From: an uncultured Chloroflexia bacterium
GTDB lineage: Bacteria > Chloroflexota > Limnocylindria > Limnocylindrales > CSP1-4
NCBI GenBank assembly: GCA_963713975.1
Contig: OY970218.1
Span: forward strand, 1,024,001-1,088,000
DNA length: 64,000 nt
Reading direction: 5' to 3'
Positions within the stretch are counted from its first letter, which is position 1. Each line of letters begins with the position of its first letter. A program made the translations under genes and the position numbers. Below are positions 45,460 through 55,546 of the stretch, piece after piece. A model generated the notes under the pieces. The model had not been told where the DNA came from and made no database searches. It saw nothing but the letters and a program-made list of their open reading frames with translations.

Positions 45460-46635
45460 TCAGCGTCGTCTCCCTCGTCGGCCACTCCGCTTGCGGGTGG
45501 TCCGGATCGTCGATTGGGCAGAGAGGTCCCGGTCGGGGGCTTTGGTGGGCTTGGGGGCGCGTGTGGGTTCGGATGCGACGATTGGCTTGGGCTCCGGGGG
45601 CTTGGTCACGAACCGAGGCGAGTGGTTGCGCGCGAAGGCCGGGTGCCAGCCGAACAACGGGAACATCCCGCCCCAGCCAAGGAACAGGTACTGCTGGACC
45701 GACTGGATGAGCGTGGAGGCGATCCAGTAGAGGAACAGCCCAGCCGGGATGATGCTGCCGTACAGGATCGAGATCAGCGGCAGGAAGTAGGCCATCTGGC
45801 GCTGGATCTTGACGTTCTGGTCGTCCGCGGTGCGGGGGTCGTGCGGCGGCAGGGCCATGCGCGACTGGACCAGCTGGAGCAGGGACGACACGATGGCGAG
45901 GATGCTGATGCCGAACCCGAACAGCTTGAGCCCCGTCGTGTCGGGCTCGGGGATTCCCCAGTTGATGCCGAAGGCAAAGGGTTCGAGGCAGGCGTTGACC
46001 ACGTGGCCAGTCGTCGGGTTGAAGATCGGCTCGGGCGGGCAGATGATCCCCGGGAACAGGTTGACCCCGAAGACGTGCCACATCGCGCTCGGGTCGTAGT
46101 TGGTGAGGCCCTGGCTGATGACCGAGTACATCGGGATCAGCAGGCCCATCGTCAACAGCGTCGGCAGGCAGCCACCCGCCGGGCTGATGCCCCGCTGCTT
46201 GTAGTACTCCTGGGTGGCGGCCTGCTGCTTGACGCGATCGCCCTTGTACTTCGCCTGGATCGCCTTGATCTCCGGCTGGAGCAGCTGGGTCTGGCGCGAG
46301 GAGACGAGCTGCTTGCGCGTGAGCGGCGTGGTCAGGACCTTGAGGACGACCGTGAGCAGCAGGATCGCAACGACGATATTGCCCGTCAGCTCATTGAAGA
46401 ACGTCAGCGTGATGAACAGGGCCTGGAAGATCGGCGTGAACAGCCAGGCCAGCAAGCTGACCGGGTCCGCACCGGGCTGGGCAGGCTCGAGCGGAGCCTG
46501 GCTGGGAATCGGCGTGGCGGAAGCGGACCCCCCGGGGCCGACGGTGCCCGGCACGCAGGCCGCGACGACCATGGCGACGGCGACCAGGAGCAGGAGGGGC
46601 GCCAGCCGGACGAGGAGATTCTGGAGGCGGGTCAC
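45460..46635 (-). CDS. yidC: Membrane protein insertase YidC (lipoprotein signal)
   Basis: VAAC lipobox, LQPEIKAIQAKYK, GGCLP, GLFLYW. Confidence 0.93.
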   Translation of the reverse strand: MTRLQNLLVRLAPLLLLVAVAMVVAACVPGTVGPGGSASATPIPSQAPLEPAQPGADPVSLLAWLFTPIFQALFITLTFFNELTGNIVVAILLLTVVLKVLTTPLTRKQLVSSRQTQLLQPEIKAIQAKYKGDRVKQQAATQEYYKQRGISPAGGCLPTLLTMGLLIPMYSVISQGLTNYDPSAMWHVFGVNLFPGIICPPEPIFNPTTGHVVNACLEPFAFGINWGIPEPDTTGLKLFGFGISILAIVSSLLQLVQSRMALPPHDPRTADDQNVKIQRQMAYFLPLISILYGSIIPAGLFLYWIASTLIQSVQQYLFLGWGGMFPLFGWHPAFARNHSPRFVTKPPEPKPIVASEPTRAPKPTKAPDRDLSAQSTIRTTRKRSGRRGRRR

Positions 46636-46651
46636 GCGGTTCTTCTATCCG

Positions 46652-46870
46652 TTAGGGGACCGGGTCATAGCCGCCCGGGTTCCAAGGATGACACCGGCCG
46701 ATGCGTCGAGCGCCCATCCAGCTCCCGCGCAGCAGCCCGTATTTCTGGATCGCCTGCTCGGTATAGCGCGAGCACGTTGGTTCGAAGCGGCAGTCCGAGG
46801 GCAGCCAGGCGAACACGATGCGGTACAGGCGGATGAGCCTGACCCCGATCGCGATCCCGACGCGTCTCAC
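46652..46870 (-). CDS. yidD: Membrane protein insertion efficiency factor YidD
   Basis: [24 protein letters not shown]. Confidence 0.95.
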   Translation of the reverse strand: MRRVGIAIGVRLIRLYRIVFAWLPSDCRFEPTCSRYTEQAIQKYGLLRGSWMGARRIGRCHPWNPGGYDPVP

Positions 46871-47202
46871 GACTCCGTCAGACCTCCGAGCACGCCTCCC
46901 GAACGGAGGACCCGGCCTAGTGCCCCGACCAGTGCGTCATGGTCGGCTTCGACGATCGCGGGCCGGGCGATGATGAGGACGTCCCAGCCTGGCTGGAACG
47001 AGGGCGCCATCACCCTGAGCACCTCGCGGACCCGGCGCCTGGCGCGGTTCCGGACAACGGCTCCTCCGAGCCGCTTCCCGGTCGCGAGCCCGAACCGGGT
47101 CTGGTCAAGGTCGGTCCGGACGAAGCGTCCGACCAGCAGTGGGTGCGTCCTTGCGACGCCTCCGGCCGCCAGCCTGGCGAAATCGCCCGGGCGGGAGAGC
47201 AT
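46867..47202 (-). CDS. rnpA: Ribonuclease P protein component
   Basis: [22 protein letters not shown] (RNR motif). Start uncertain. Confidence 0.93.
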   Translation of the reverse strand: MLSRPGDFARLAAGGVARTHPLLVGRFVRTDLDQTRFGLATGKRLGGAVVRNRARRRVREVLRVMAPSFQPGWDVLIIARPAIVEADHDALVGALGRVLRSGGVLGGLTES

Positions 47203-47237
47203 GACGACGCGCAGCGGGTTGTGACTGCGCCCGTCGA

Positions 47238-47375
47238 TCAGGCCGAGAGCCGCTTCCGGCCCCTCGCGCGTCGCGTCGCGAGCACACGCCGGCCACCCGC
47301 TGTCTTCATGCGGGCGCGGAACCCGTGCTCCCGGGCGCGATGTCGCTTCTTGGGCTGGAATGTCGGCTTGCCCAT
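47238..47375 (-). CDS. rpmH: 50S ribosomal protein L34
   Basis: [23 protein letters not shown]...[11 protein letters not shown]. Confidence 0.96.
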   Translation of the reverse strand: MGKPTFQPKKRHRAREHGFRARMKTAGGRRVLATRRARGRKRLSA

Positions 47376-47847
47376 CGGGACTGTCCGTGATCCTCTCCGT
47401 CCGGCCCCGGGACCCGGAAACTCCGACCCCAAGAGGCACGCAAACGCGCCGAGCGCCCTGAAGCGCGGCGGCGCGTGTTCGTCGGGGGGATGATATGGCG
47501 CACGCCGAACGAGTGTCAAACCACGCGACGGCCGCTGGGTCATGCGCTCGCGCGGGGCGCCTCCTGGCGGGCCGGCCGGTAGTCAGAGGCGCCCGGCTGG
47601 CCCTGGTCGGCGTGGCTCCGCACGATACTCCATGGGAGTATGCGGGAATCGCCTTGCGACCCCTCGCGAGGCCGGTGTATTGTTCCCGAGCCTGAGGTGC
47701 CGGGCGAGGAGGGAAACCTTCTCGGTAGAACCCGTAGCCGCCACGGGAACGGCGCTCCGGGATCCATCGGTCGGCAGGTGCTCGTCCTGCTCCCTGGTCA
47801 CACATTACCCATCGCAGCCCCCGTCAGACAGGAACCTGATCGAACGA

Positions 47848-49212
47848 ATGGACGCGAAGCAGGTCTGGCGTGCGGCCCTCGGCGAGCTGCAGGTCTCCTT
47901 GTCGCCCGCCAACTTCGAGACCTGGCTTCGTGACACCCACCTCGTGGAGGTGGACGACCAGCGGTTCCGAATCGCGGTTCCCAACGGGTTCGCCAAGGAC
48001 TGGCTGGACACCCGCTACCGCTCCCTGATCTCCCAGACGCTCGCCCGGGTCGTGGGCTATAGCGTCCAGGTCGAGTTCCTCGTCGCCGGGGTCGGCGAGG
48101 CCCAGGCGCAGGCCGCAACGGTCGCGGCCCAGCCGGTCCGGGTGGAGCCGACCCGGGTCGGTGCGCCCGAGGGTGCCGGCGGTGGCGCGACCAACCTCAA
48201 CGCCCGGTACACCTTCTCGAACTTCATCGTCGGGTCCGCGAACAGGCTCGCCCATGCCGCGTCGCTGTCCGTGGCGGAACGCCCGGGCCATGCGTACAAC
48301 CCCCTGTTCCTGTACGGCGGAGTTGGCCTGGGCAAGACCCACCTGATGCACGCGATCGGCAACGCCGTGGTCGCCAAGTTTCCGCGCAAGCGCGTGGCCT
48401 ACGCCACCTCGGAGAAGTTCACCAACGAGTTCATCACCTCCATCCAGCAGGGCAGGATCGACGAGTTCCGCGCCCGCTACCGCCGGATCGACCTGCTCCT
48501 GATCGACGACATCCAGTTCATCGCGGACAAGGAGCGGACCCAGGAGGAGTTCTTCCACACGTTCAACACGATCCACGAGGACGGCAAGCAGATCGTGCTG
48601 TCGTCGGACCGGCCCCCGAAGGCGATCCTGACCCTCGAGGAGCGCCTGCGCAGCCGCTTCGAGTGGGGGCTGATCGCGGATCTCACCGCGCCGGACCTGG
48701 AGACCCGAATCGCCATCCTGCGGGCCAAGGCGGAGGATCAGGGCACCCCGATCACATCCGACGTGATCGAGTTCATCGCGCGCAAGGTCGTGTCCAACAT
48801 CCGGGAGCTCGAGGGCGCCCTCAATCGCATCGTGGCCTATGCGTCCATGGGGGCGATGCCGATCTCGATCGAGTTGGCCCAGGCGGTCCTCAGCAACGTG
48901 CTCTACAACCCCAAGAAGCGGCAGGTCACGCCGGAGCGGATCGCCAAGGCGGTCTCGGACTACTACGGGGTGGGCATGGACGCCCTGCAGGGCCAGAAGC
49001 GCGAGAAGAGCATCGTGGTGCCGCGCCAGATCGCGATGTACCTGATGCGCGAGGAGACCGACGTCTCGCTCCTGCGGATCGGGGCGGAGCTCGGCGGGAG
49101 GGACCACTCCACGGTCCTGCATGCCTGCGGCAAGATCAACCGCGAGATCCAGGTCAACGACGAGATGCGGCGCGAGGTCGCAGCCGTGCGCGAGCTGATC
49201 TACTCCGACTGA
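47848..49212 (+). CDS. dnaA: Chromosomal replication initiator DnaA
   Basis: YNPLFLYGGVGLGKTHL, IDDIQF, RLRSRFEWG, GGRDHSTV; real start at MDAKQVW. Confidence 0.98.
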   Translation: MDAKQVWRAALGELQVSLSPANFETWLRDTHLVEVDDQRFRIAVPNGFAKDWLDTRYRSLISQTLARVVGYSVQVEFLVAGVGEAQAQAATVAAQPVRVEPTRVGAPEGAGGGATNLNARYTFSNFIVGSANRLAHAASLSVAERPGHAYNPLFLYGGVGLGKTHLMHAIGNAVVAKFPRKRVAYATSEKFTNEFITSIQQGRIDEFRARYRRIDLLLIDDIQFIADKERTQEEFFHTFNTIHEDGKQIVLSSDRPPKAILTLEERLRSRFEWGLIADLTAPDLETRIAILRAKAEDQGTPITSDVIEFIARKVVSNIRELEGALNRIVAYASMGAMPISIELAQAVLSNVLYNPKKRQVTPERIAKAVSDYYGVGMDALQGQKREKSIVVPRQIAMYLMREETDVSLLRIGAELGGRDHSTVLHACGKINREIQVNDEMRREVAAVRELIYSD

Positions 49213-49733
49213 CCAGCTGCGCCCCCGGCCCGCCGGCTTGCACCGCCCTGCGCTTCCTGTCGCCCGTGATCCCCTGCCTCCGCATCCCTGCCCGTGTCGC
49301 CGCGTGGCTCGCGCGCGGCGACTGGTCCGACGGGTCTGTGGATCGATCGCCGGAAACGCGTGGACAACCCCCGATTGGCGTGGACCACTGTGCCCCGTAC
49401 CGGGGATCGCCCGGCGGGTGATCCGGGTGTCTGGCGCCCCCCTGTGGATGGTTGCCGGTCGATGGCCTGGTCGTGCACACCCAGGGCCCCAACCCATCAC
49501 CGGGTCATCCCCATCCCTCCACGGCGGGGTTCGTCACGCCCACAGCGCTCCCCCGCACAACCAAGCGTGCCAATCCACCGTTTCCACGGCAATATGACGG
49601 TGATGACGGAGTGAGAAGATAGAACCCTCATTTCACTTCCTGTCCCGCGCGCGCTCCGCGCCCTGCGCGCGCACCTGTCAGGTGAGACCACCCGCGAACC
49701 CGCTACCCGCCCGAACACTGGAGACAACCCAAC
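49213..49733. other. Probable oriC between dnaA and dnaN
   Basis: 520-bp gap with several degenerate DnaA boxes: TTGTCCACG 49359-67(-), CGATCCACA 49337-45(-), TGGTCCACG 49379-87(-), CCATCCACA 49443-51(-), TCGTGCACA 49471-79, TTTCCACG ~49581. More AT-rich tract at ~49591-49640. Confidence 0.75.
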
Positions 49734-50849
49734 GTGAAACTCTCGGTCATGCAGGAGAACCTGGCTCGCGGCCTGTCCGTGGTCTCGCGGGCGGTGTCGA
49801 GTCGCAGCACCCTGCCGGTGCTCGCCAACGTGCTTATCCGCACAGAGGACGCCGGCCTGAAGCTGACCGCGACCAACCTCGAGATTGGGATCACCTACTG
49901 GGTGCCCGGCAAGATCGAGACCGACGGCGCGACGACCGTGCCCGCACGCCTGCTGGCCGACCTCGTCGGCAGCCTCCCTGCCTCCGAGAAGGTCGACCTC
50001 GAGCTCCAGGGGACCGACACGCTCCACCTGCGATGTGGCCGCTTCGCCACGCACGTCAAGGGCATCGATGCCGATGAGTACCCCACCATCCAGACCGCGG
50101 GCGAGCGACCCACGACCCGGATCACCCAGAAGGTCCTGAGGCAAGCGCTGGAGGAGACGATCTTCGCCGCCGCCAGCGACGAGGCGCGCCCGATCCTCAC
50201 CGGTGTCCTTGCCCGTTTCGAGGGCAGCCGCCTCACCCTGGCCGCTGCCGACAACTACCGCATCGCGGTTCGGACGATCGACATCCTCGACCCGGTCGAG
50301 GCCGTCTCGGTCGTCATCCCTGCGCGCGCCCTCACCGAGCTGCACAGGATCCTGGCCGACACGGACGATGCCGTGGAGCTGGTTCTGGCGCAGGCGCGCA
50401 ACCAGGTGCTGTTCCACCTCGACGGCATCGACCTCATCTCGCGTCTCATCGACGGCCAGTTTCCCAACTACCAGCAGGTCCTGCCGGCAGAGCATGCGAG
50501 CCGTGCGGAGTTCGATCGCGAGGAGCTCCTGCGAGCCGTCCGGCCGGCCGCCTTGATCGCCAGCTCGTCGGCCAACATCGTCAAGCTCGAGGTGGGCGGG
50601 GATGGCGCCGGCGTGACGGTCACGGCCACGGCCGAGGTGGGCGACTACTCGGGCGACGTCGAGGCGACGGTCGAGGGGGACCCGACGACCATCGCCTTCA
50701 ATGCCCGGTACCTGGCCGATGTCCTGGGCAACGTCGGGGCGGACCGGTTCTCGCTCGAGCTCAACGGGCCGCTCTCGCCGGGCGTGTTCCGGCCAGTCGG
50801 CGATGCGGACTACGTTCACGTCGTGATGCCCGTGCGGACGACCTCCTGA
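49734..50849 (+). CDS. dnaN: DNA polymerase III beta sliding clamp
   Basis: TLPVLANVLI, ATNLEI, RPILTGV, SRLIDGQFPNY, VVMPVR. Confidence 0.97.
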   Translation: MKLSVMQENLARGLSVVSRAVSSRSTLPVLANVLIRTEDAGLKLTATNLEIGITYWVPGKIETDGATTVPARLLADLVGSLPASEKVDLELQGTDTLHLRCGRFATHVKGIDADEYPTIQTAGERPTTRITQKVLRQALEETIFAAASDEARPILTGVLARFEGSRLTLAAADNYRIAVRTIDILDPVEAVSVVIPARALTELHRILADTDDAVELVLAQARNQVLFHLDGIDLISRLIDGQFPNYQQVLPAEHASRAEFDREELLRAVRPAALIASSSANIVKLEVGGDGAGVTVTATAEVGDYSGDVEATVEGDPTTIAFNARYLADVLGNVGADRFSLELNGPLSPGVFRPVGDADYVHVVMPVRTTS

Positions 50850-52051
50850 CGGACCCCGCGAGCCCCCTCCCCCGGCCGGAGCCCGACGCCCCCGTCCTGC
50901 GGGGCCTCGTCGTCCGCGACCTGCGCGGCTACGCGGAGCTCGATGTCAGCTTCGATCCGGGCCCCCAGCTGGTGTGGGGACCGAACGCGGCCGGCAAGAC
51001 GAGCCTCCTCGAGGCGATCGTCCTGCTCGCCTGGGGCAGGTCGCACCGAACCAGCGCGGATGGCGAGCTCGTGCGCTGGGGCTGTGAGCTGGCCCGCGTC
51101 GAGGCACGGGTCGGGTCCGCCACGACGACCCCCGACGACGGCGACGCGGTCGAGGTGGCGCTTGTGCGCACGGCCTCCGGTGGTGCCCGCAAGCGGATCC
51201 GGGTGAACGGCGTCGCACGCCGTGCCGCCTCCCTCGCGGCCGTCCTGCGGACGGTCGTGTTCGCGCCCGAGGAGATGCTGCTCGTGGCCGGCTCCCCTTC
51301 CCTGCGCAGGGAGGCGCTCGACGGTCTGGCCGGCCAGCGGTCACCCGCCTACCTCCGGGATCTGGCGGCGTACGGCCGCGCGCTCCAGCAGCGGAACGGG
51401 CTCCTGCGGCTCATCCGGGAGGAGCAGGCGAGCCGGAGCGAGCTGCGGTTCTGGGACGGCGCCCTGCTGGAGGCGGGAACTGCCGTGCGCGAGGAACGCC
51501 AGCGGCTGCTCGTGGAGATCGGCGGTCCGTTGGCGGCCGCCCATGCCGAGATCGCGCCCGAGGAGGCCGTGGGGGCCAGGCTGACGTTGGGCTACGTGAC
51601 GAACGCCCCACAGCACCCGGGCGAAGTGGTCCGCGACGCGCTTGCCCGGCGGCTGGCGGAGACGGCCGAGAAGGAGGTCTGGAACGGCACGACGCTGATC
51701 GGGCCCCACCGGGACGACCTCGTGTTCGAGATGGGGGGGAGGCCCCTGGCGTCGTTCGCCTCACGGGGTCAGCAGCGGACGGCGATCCTGGCCTTCAAGC
51801 TGGCCGAGGTGGACCTGCTCACCGCGCTCGACGGGCGTCCCCCGCTCCTGCTGCTGGACGACGTCTTCTCGGAGCTCGACCCGGAACGCCGGTCACACCT
51901 GGTCCGGAGGATCGCGGCCCTGCCGCAGGCCTTCGTCACGACGACCACCCTCGACGACCTGGACCCGGGCCTGCGGTCCGTCGGAACGACGTGGGCGGTC
52001 ACCACGGCCGACGACGGGACGTCCGTCCTCCTGCGCGAAGGCCCCGCATGA
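50846..52051 (+). CDS. recF: DNA replication/repair protein RecF
   Basis: GPNAAGKTSLLEAI, GPHRDD, SRGQQR, LLLDDVFSELD. Homology extends upstream of GTG 50972; probable CTG start at 50846. Confidence 0.93.
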   Translation: MTDPASPLPRPEPDAPVLRGLVVRDLRGYAELDVSFDPGPQLVWGPNAAGKTSLLEAIVLLAWGRSHRTSADGELVRWGCELARVEARVGSATTTPDDGDAVEVALVRTASGGARKRIRVNGVARRAASLAAVLRTVVFAPEEMLLVAGSPSLRREALDGLAGQRSPAYLRDLAAYGRALQQRNGLLRLIREEQASRSELRFWDGALLEAGTAVREERQRLLVEIGGPLAAAHAEIAPEEAVGARLTLGYVTNAPQHPGEVVRDALARRLAETAEKEVWNGTTLIGPHRDDLVFEMGGRPLASFASRGQQRTAILAFKLAEVDLLTALDGRPPLLLLDDVFSELDPERRSHLVRRIAALPQAFVTTTTLDDLDPGLRSVGTTWAVTTADDGTSVLLREGPA

Positions 52052-52431
52052 GCGGCCGCGATCGACCGACGGATCCCGAGGCGTCCTCCCGCCGCCGCCG
52101 CCCTGACCGCCTCAGCGACCTCCTGCCCGAGGCCGCGCGGCACCTCGGCCTCGAGCGCGAGCTGCGGCTGGCCCGCGCCGTCGCGACCTGGGACGCCCTC
52201 ATCGCCGAGCGTGTGCCACCGGCGGCCGGTGCGTGCAGGCTGGTCGGGCTCGAGCCGGACGCGCTCGTCGTCGCCGCCGACGAGCCGATCGTCGCCGCGG
52301 AGCTCCGGATGCGGGCGATCGAGCTGCTCGAGGCTTTCGCCGCCGCCCCCGGCGGCTCCCACGCCAGGTTCCTGAGGATCAGGGGCGAGACGGCGCGCGA
52401 TTTGGGGAGGCGTCAGGCCCCCCGCGTATAA
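52048..52431 (+). CDS. DUF721/DciA-like protein
   Basis: Follows recF (ATGA overlap); W-x-x-L-I and LVV...AAELRM pattern. Confidence 0.75.
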   Translation: MSGRDRPTDPEASSRRRRPDRLSDLLPEAARHLGLERELRLARAVATWDALIAERVPPAAGACRLVGLEPDALVVAADEPIVAAELRMRAIELLEAFAAAPGGSHARFLRIRGETARDLGRRQAPRV

Positions 52432-52507
52432 TTCGCTCCCGCTGCCGACTGCGGGTGCGTCACGCGCCCCGCCCCAGTCGCGTCGCTCTCGCAATGAGGC
52501 TCATCGC

Positions 52508-54802
52508 TTGGCCGTCCGTCTCCAGCTGAAGCTTGGCGCCGTCACGGAGCAGGACAGGCTCCCCGATTCCCCCGACACGATCGTGGTGGTGGAGCCGTCT
52601 GTCGGTTCCGTGGGGCGGACCAAGGGCAACCTGTACCTCCTCGTCACCTCCAGGGTGGCCGGCAACCGCGCGCGCGAGGCGACCAGGATGGTCGCGGACA
52701 CCGTCCGCAACGAGTACTACTACGATGAGTCGGCGGGCATCCGCCAGTGCCTCACCAAGGTGCTCGGGGTCGCCAACAAGCGGCTGACCCACCAGCGGGA
52801 CCGCTATGGGCTCGGCGCCCAGGCCGACGGCGGCGGGCCCATCGGCGTGGCGGCCGCCGTGGTCCGCGGACGCGAGCTCTACGTCGCCACGGTGGGTCCG
52901 GCGGAGGCCTACCTGATCCGCCAGGCCCGGCTGTCCACGCTGCCCGATCCCAACGGCGACCGCGGCCTGCCCGCCACCGATCTCGAGCCCGAGGTGTGGC
53001 GCGGCGAGCTGTCCGTGGGGGACTCGCTGTGCCTGGTCTCTTCGAACGTCGTGGCCGGGATCGGGACGGACGCCCTCAAGGACGCCCTGGTCACGCTCCA
53101 TCCGCAGTCGGCCATCGAGCACCTCCACGCGCGCTTCGTGGCTGCCGACGGCAAAGGCAGCGACGGCGCCTTCGCCTTCGAGGCGGCGGAGGTTGGCGCC
53201 ACGTTCAAGTCACGCACGCTGGTCTCGGTGCGCCCGGCCGAGCCGCTCGCCGGGGCCCCCGACCGGTCCCCGATCCCGTTGGCGGACTCCGTGACGGACG
53301 CGGCGGCTGCGATGGGGGCCGGGGCTGCCAGGGCCCGGAATGCCGCCGGGAGCAAGTTCCAGCGCGCCGTCTGGCGCGTCCAGGACCTCCTGCCACGACG
53401 CAAGCCCGGCCAGCGCAAGGTCACGGCCGCCACGCGGCGGATGGAGACCCAGCGACGGGCGGCGGTGGCGCTGCTGGCCTTCATCGCGGTCGCTGGGGCC
53501 CTCGTGCTCGGCGTCTACGCCGTCGGAGGCCAGAAGGGGCCCACGGAGGCGATCCGGTCCATGACGGCCGCCCAGCAGGCGTTCCAGGCGGCCGAGGAGG
53601 CCGTGGCGAGCGTGTCCGGGCCCGGGTTCGATCTCGTCACCGACGATCCCCGGAAGGCCCTCGAGCTCCTGACCCTCGCCTACGAGAGGCTCGATGCCGC
53701 CGGCGCCGCCGGGTACCCAGCCGCGGAGGTCCAGCTCCTGCGCGGGACGGTTGCCGACGGCCTCGACCGGCTGTACGGCGTGGTGCCCGTCCGATCGAGC
53801 ACGGTGTTCACGTTCCCGGACGACACCCCGGTCCAGCTCGCCGGCCTGGTGCGCGGGGACGACGGTGCGCCCTACGTGCTGGACACCGCGAGCAAGACCG
53901 TCTGGCGCATCGACCTCGCCGCGAAGACCGCGTCGCCGATCGCAGCTTCGGGCCAGAAGGTGCTGGCGGCGAAGGTCGCGGACCCCACCATCCTTGCGAG
54001 CGGAGGCCCGGATGTCCTCGTGCTCGACAGCAAGAACAACCTGTGGCGCTGGCGCCCCCTGCCCGCCAAGGGCAAGGGAACGCTGGTCAAGATCCGGGTC
54101 GAGGACTCCTCCTCGTGGGGTGACGACATCAGCGTGATGTCGACCTTCGTCGCCAACTACGACGCGGCGCTGTACAAGCTCTACATCGTCGACCCGTCGG
54201 AACAGAACATCATGGTCGTCTCACCGTCCAGCGACGGCTCGGGCTACCTGGGCAAGCCGACGGGCCGCCTGCCCACCGACCGGCCGGTGGATGGGATCAC
54301 CGATCTCCTGCTGGACGGTGACATCTTCGTGGCCGAGAACGGGCAGGTCGCGCGCGCCATCCCGGCCGCGGGGTGGACCGCCCAGCCGCCCGAGGACACC
54401 CAGGTCCGCCCGAATCCCAGCTACACCATCCTGTCGTCGCCAGACCGGCCGGATGGCCAGTCCAGCAAGCGCAACGGCCTGCTGTACGCCTTCGACCAGA
54501 CCAACCACCGGATCGTGGCGTTCAACAAGGCGGACGGCAAGTACGTCGAACAGTACGTGCTGGCGGATGGCGACCGCGGCTGGACTGACCTCCAGGACCT
54601 GGTCGTGCTGCCCGGAGCGGACGCGGAGGCTCCCTCGACCGCGTGGTGGGTCTCCAGCACCGGCCTCCACAGCGCGGTGCTCGTCGCCGCCGAGGGCCCC
54701 GCAGCGACACCCACGCCCACCGCCGCCGAACCGTCGGCCAGCCCCGCGAAGACCCCCAAGCCCGCGAAGACCCCCAAGCCCAAGAAGACCCCCAAGCCGT
54801 GA
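52508..54802 (+). CDS. Single-pass membrane protein: degenerate PP2C-like cytoplasmic domain, TM helix, extracellular beta-propeller-like domain
   Basis: PP2C-like segments (LYVATVGPAEAYLIR, ELSVGDSLCLVSS), TM at about aa 320-340, NHL-like repeats (LYIVDP, LYAFDQTNHRIVAF); TATAAT at 52427-52432. Confidence 0.7.
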   Translation: MAVRLQLKLGAVTEQDRLPDSPDTIVVVEPSVGSVGRTKGNLYLLVTSRVAGNRAREATRMVADTVRNEYYYDESAGIRQCLTKVLGVANKRLTHQRDRYGLGAQADGGGPIGVAAAVVRGRELYVATVGPAEAYLIRQARLSTLPDPNGDRGLPATDLEPEVWRGELSVGDSLCLVSSNVVAGIGTDALKDALVTLHPQSAIEHLHARFVAADGKGSDGAFAFEAAEVGATFKSRTLVSVRPAEPLAGAPDRSPIPLADSVTDAAAAMGAGAARARNAAGSKFQRAVWRVQDLLPRRKPGQRKVTAATRRMETQRRAAVALLAFIAVAGALVLGVYAVGGQKGPTEAIRSMTAAQQAFQAAEEAVASVSGPGFDLVTDDPRKALELLTLAYERLDAAGAAGYPAAEVQLLRGTVADGLDRLYGVVPVRSSTVFTFPDDTPVQLAGLVRGDDGAPYVLDTASKTVWRIDLAAKTASPIAASGQKVLAAKVADPTILASGGPDVLVLDSKNNLWRWRPLPAKGKGTLVKIRVEDSSSWGDDISVMSTFVANYDAALYKLYIVDPSEQNIMVVSPSSDGSGYLGKPTGRLPTDRPVDGITDLLLDGDIFVAENGQVARAIPAAGWTAQPPEDTQVRPNPSYTILSSPDRPDGQSSKRNGLLYAFDQTNHRIVAFNKADGKYVEQYVLADGDRGWTDLQDLVVLPGADAEAPSTAWWVSSTGLHSAVLVAAEGPAATPTPTAAEPSASPAKTPKPAKTPKPKKTPKP
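54743..54796 (+). repeat. 3x18-nt tandem repeat encoding a PAKTPK-type basic tail
   Basis: cccgcgaagacccccaag twice, then cccaagaagacccccaag. Confidence 0.85.
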
Positions 54803-54837
54803 CGCGTCCGGCCGCCGCCTGAGCGGGGGGCCACAGG

Positions 54838-55539
54838 GTGCTGCCGCTGCGCGACGCCACGCCCCCCAGCCGGACCGCGGTGGTGACGGCCGCGATCATG
54901 GTTCTGTGCGGCCTTGTCTTCGTGTGGGAGCTGGTCGTGCTCACGCAGGGCGGTCAGGCGGCTCTCGACCGGCTGGTCGAGCGCCGCGGCCTCGTACCGG
55001 CCGAGCTGGTCGCCGCGCTCCAGGGCGGCGATCTCGTGTCCGGCCCGGTCCTCGGCCTGGTCACCTACATGTTCCTGCACGGCAGCTGGCTGCACCTCAT
55101 GGGCAACCTGCTCTTCCTGTGGATCTTTGCGCTGAACGTCGAGGACCGACTTGGCCGCCCGGCATTCGCTGCCTTCTATGTCGCGGGCGGGATCGCCGCC
55201 GCCTCGCTGCACGTCCTGACCGACCCGACGAGCGAGATCCCGATGATCGGCGCCTCGGGGGCCATCTCCGCGGTGCTGGGCGCCTACGTCGTCCTCTACC
55301 CACGCGCCCGGATCCAGTCACTGGTCTTCCTGGTGTTCTTCTATGAGCTGGTTGCCGTGCCGGCCGTCCTGGTGCTGGGCTTCTGGTTCGTGCTCCAGCT
55401 GATCGACGGGTTCGCGTCGCTCGGAGTCCAGGCGCAGGCCGGGGGTGGCATCGCCTTCTGGGCTCACATCGGAGGCTTCGTGGCAGGCATGCTGATGGCG
55501 CTGCCCTTCCGGCTGCACCGTGCCCGGCCCGTGGGATAA
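54838..55539 (+). CDS. Rhomboid family intramembrane serine protease
   Basis: MFLHGSWLHLMGN, IGASGAI, AHIGGF. Confidence 0.93.
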   Translation: MLPLRDATPPSRTAVVTAAIMVLCGLVFVWELVVLTQGGQAALDRLVERRGLVPAELVAALQGGDLVSGPVLGLVTYMFLHGSWLHLMGNLLFLWIFALNVEDRLGRPAFAAFYVAGGIAAASLHVLTDPTSEIPMIGASGAISAVLGAYVVLYPRARIQSLVFLVFFYELVAVPAVLVLGFWFVLQLIDGFASLGVQAQAGGGIAFWAHIGGFVAGMLMALPFRLHRARPVG

Positions 55540-55546
55540 TCGGGCC

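Noticed and set aside
44695-46836. 713-aa plus-strand ORF, and similar long R/P/G-rich ORFs throughout (e.g. 9629-11518, 6299-7906, 47824-49500)
   Set aside because: Antisense or off-frame shadows of well-supported genes in high-GC DNA.
47203-47847. Long upstream extensions of the rnpA, rpmH and dnaA ORFs
   Set aside because: Open frames due to high GC; conserved N-termini start later.
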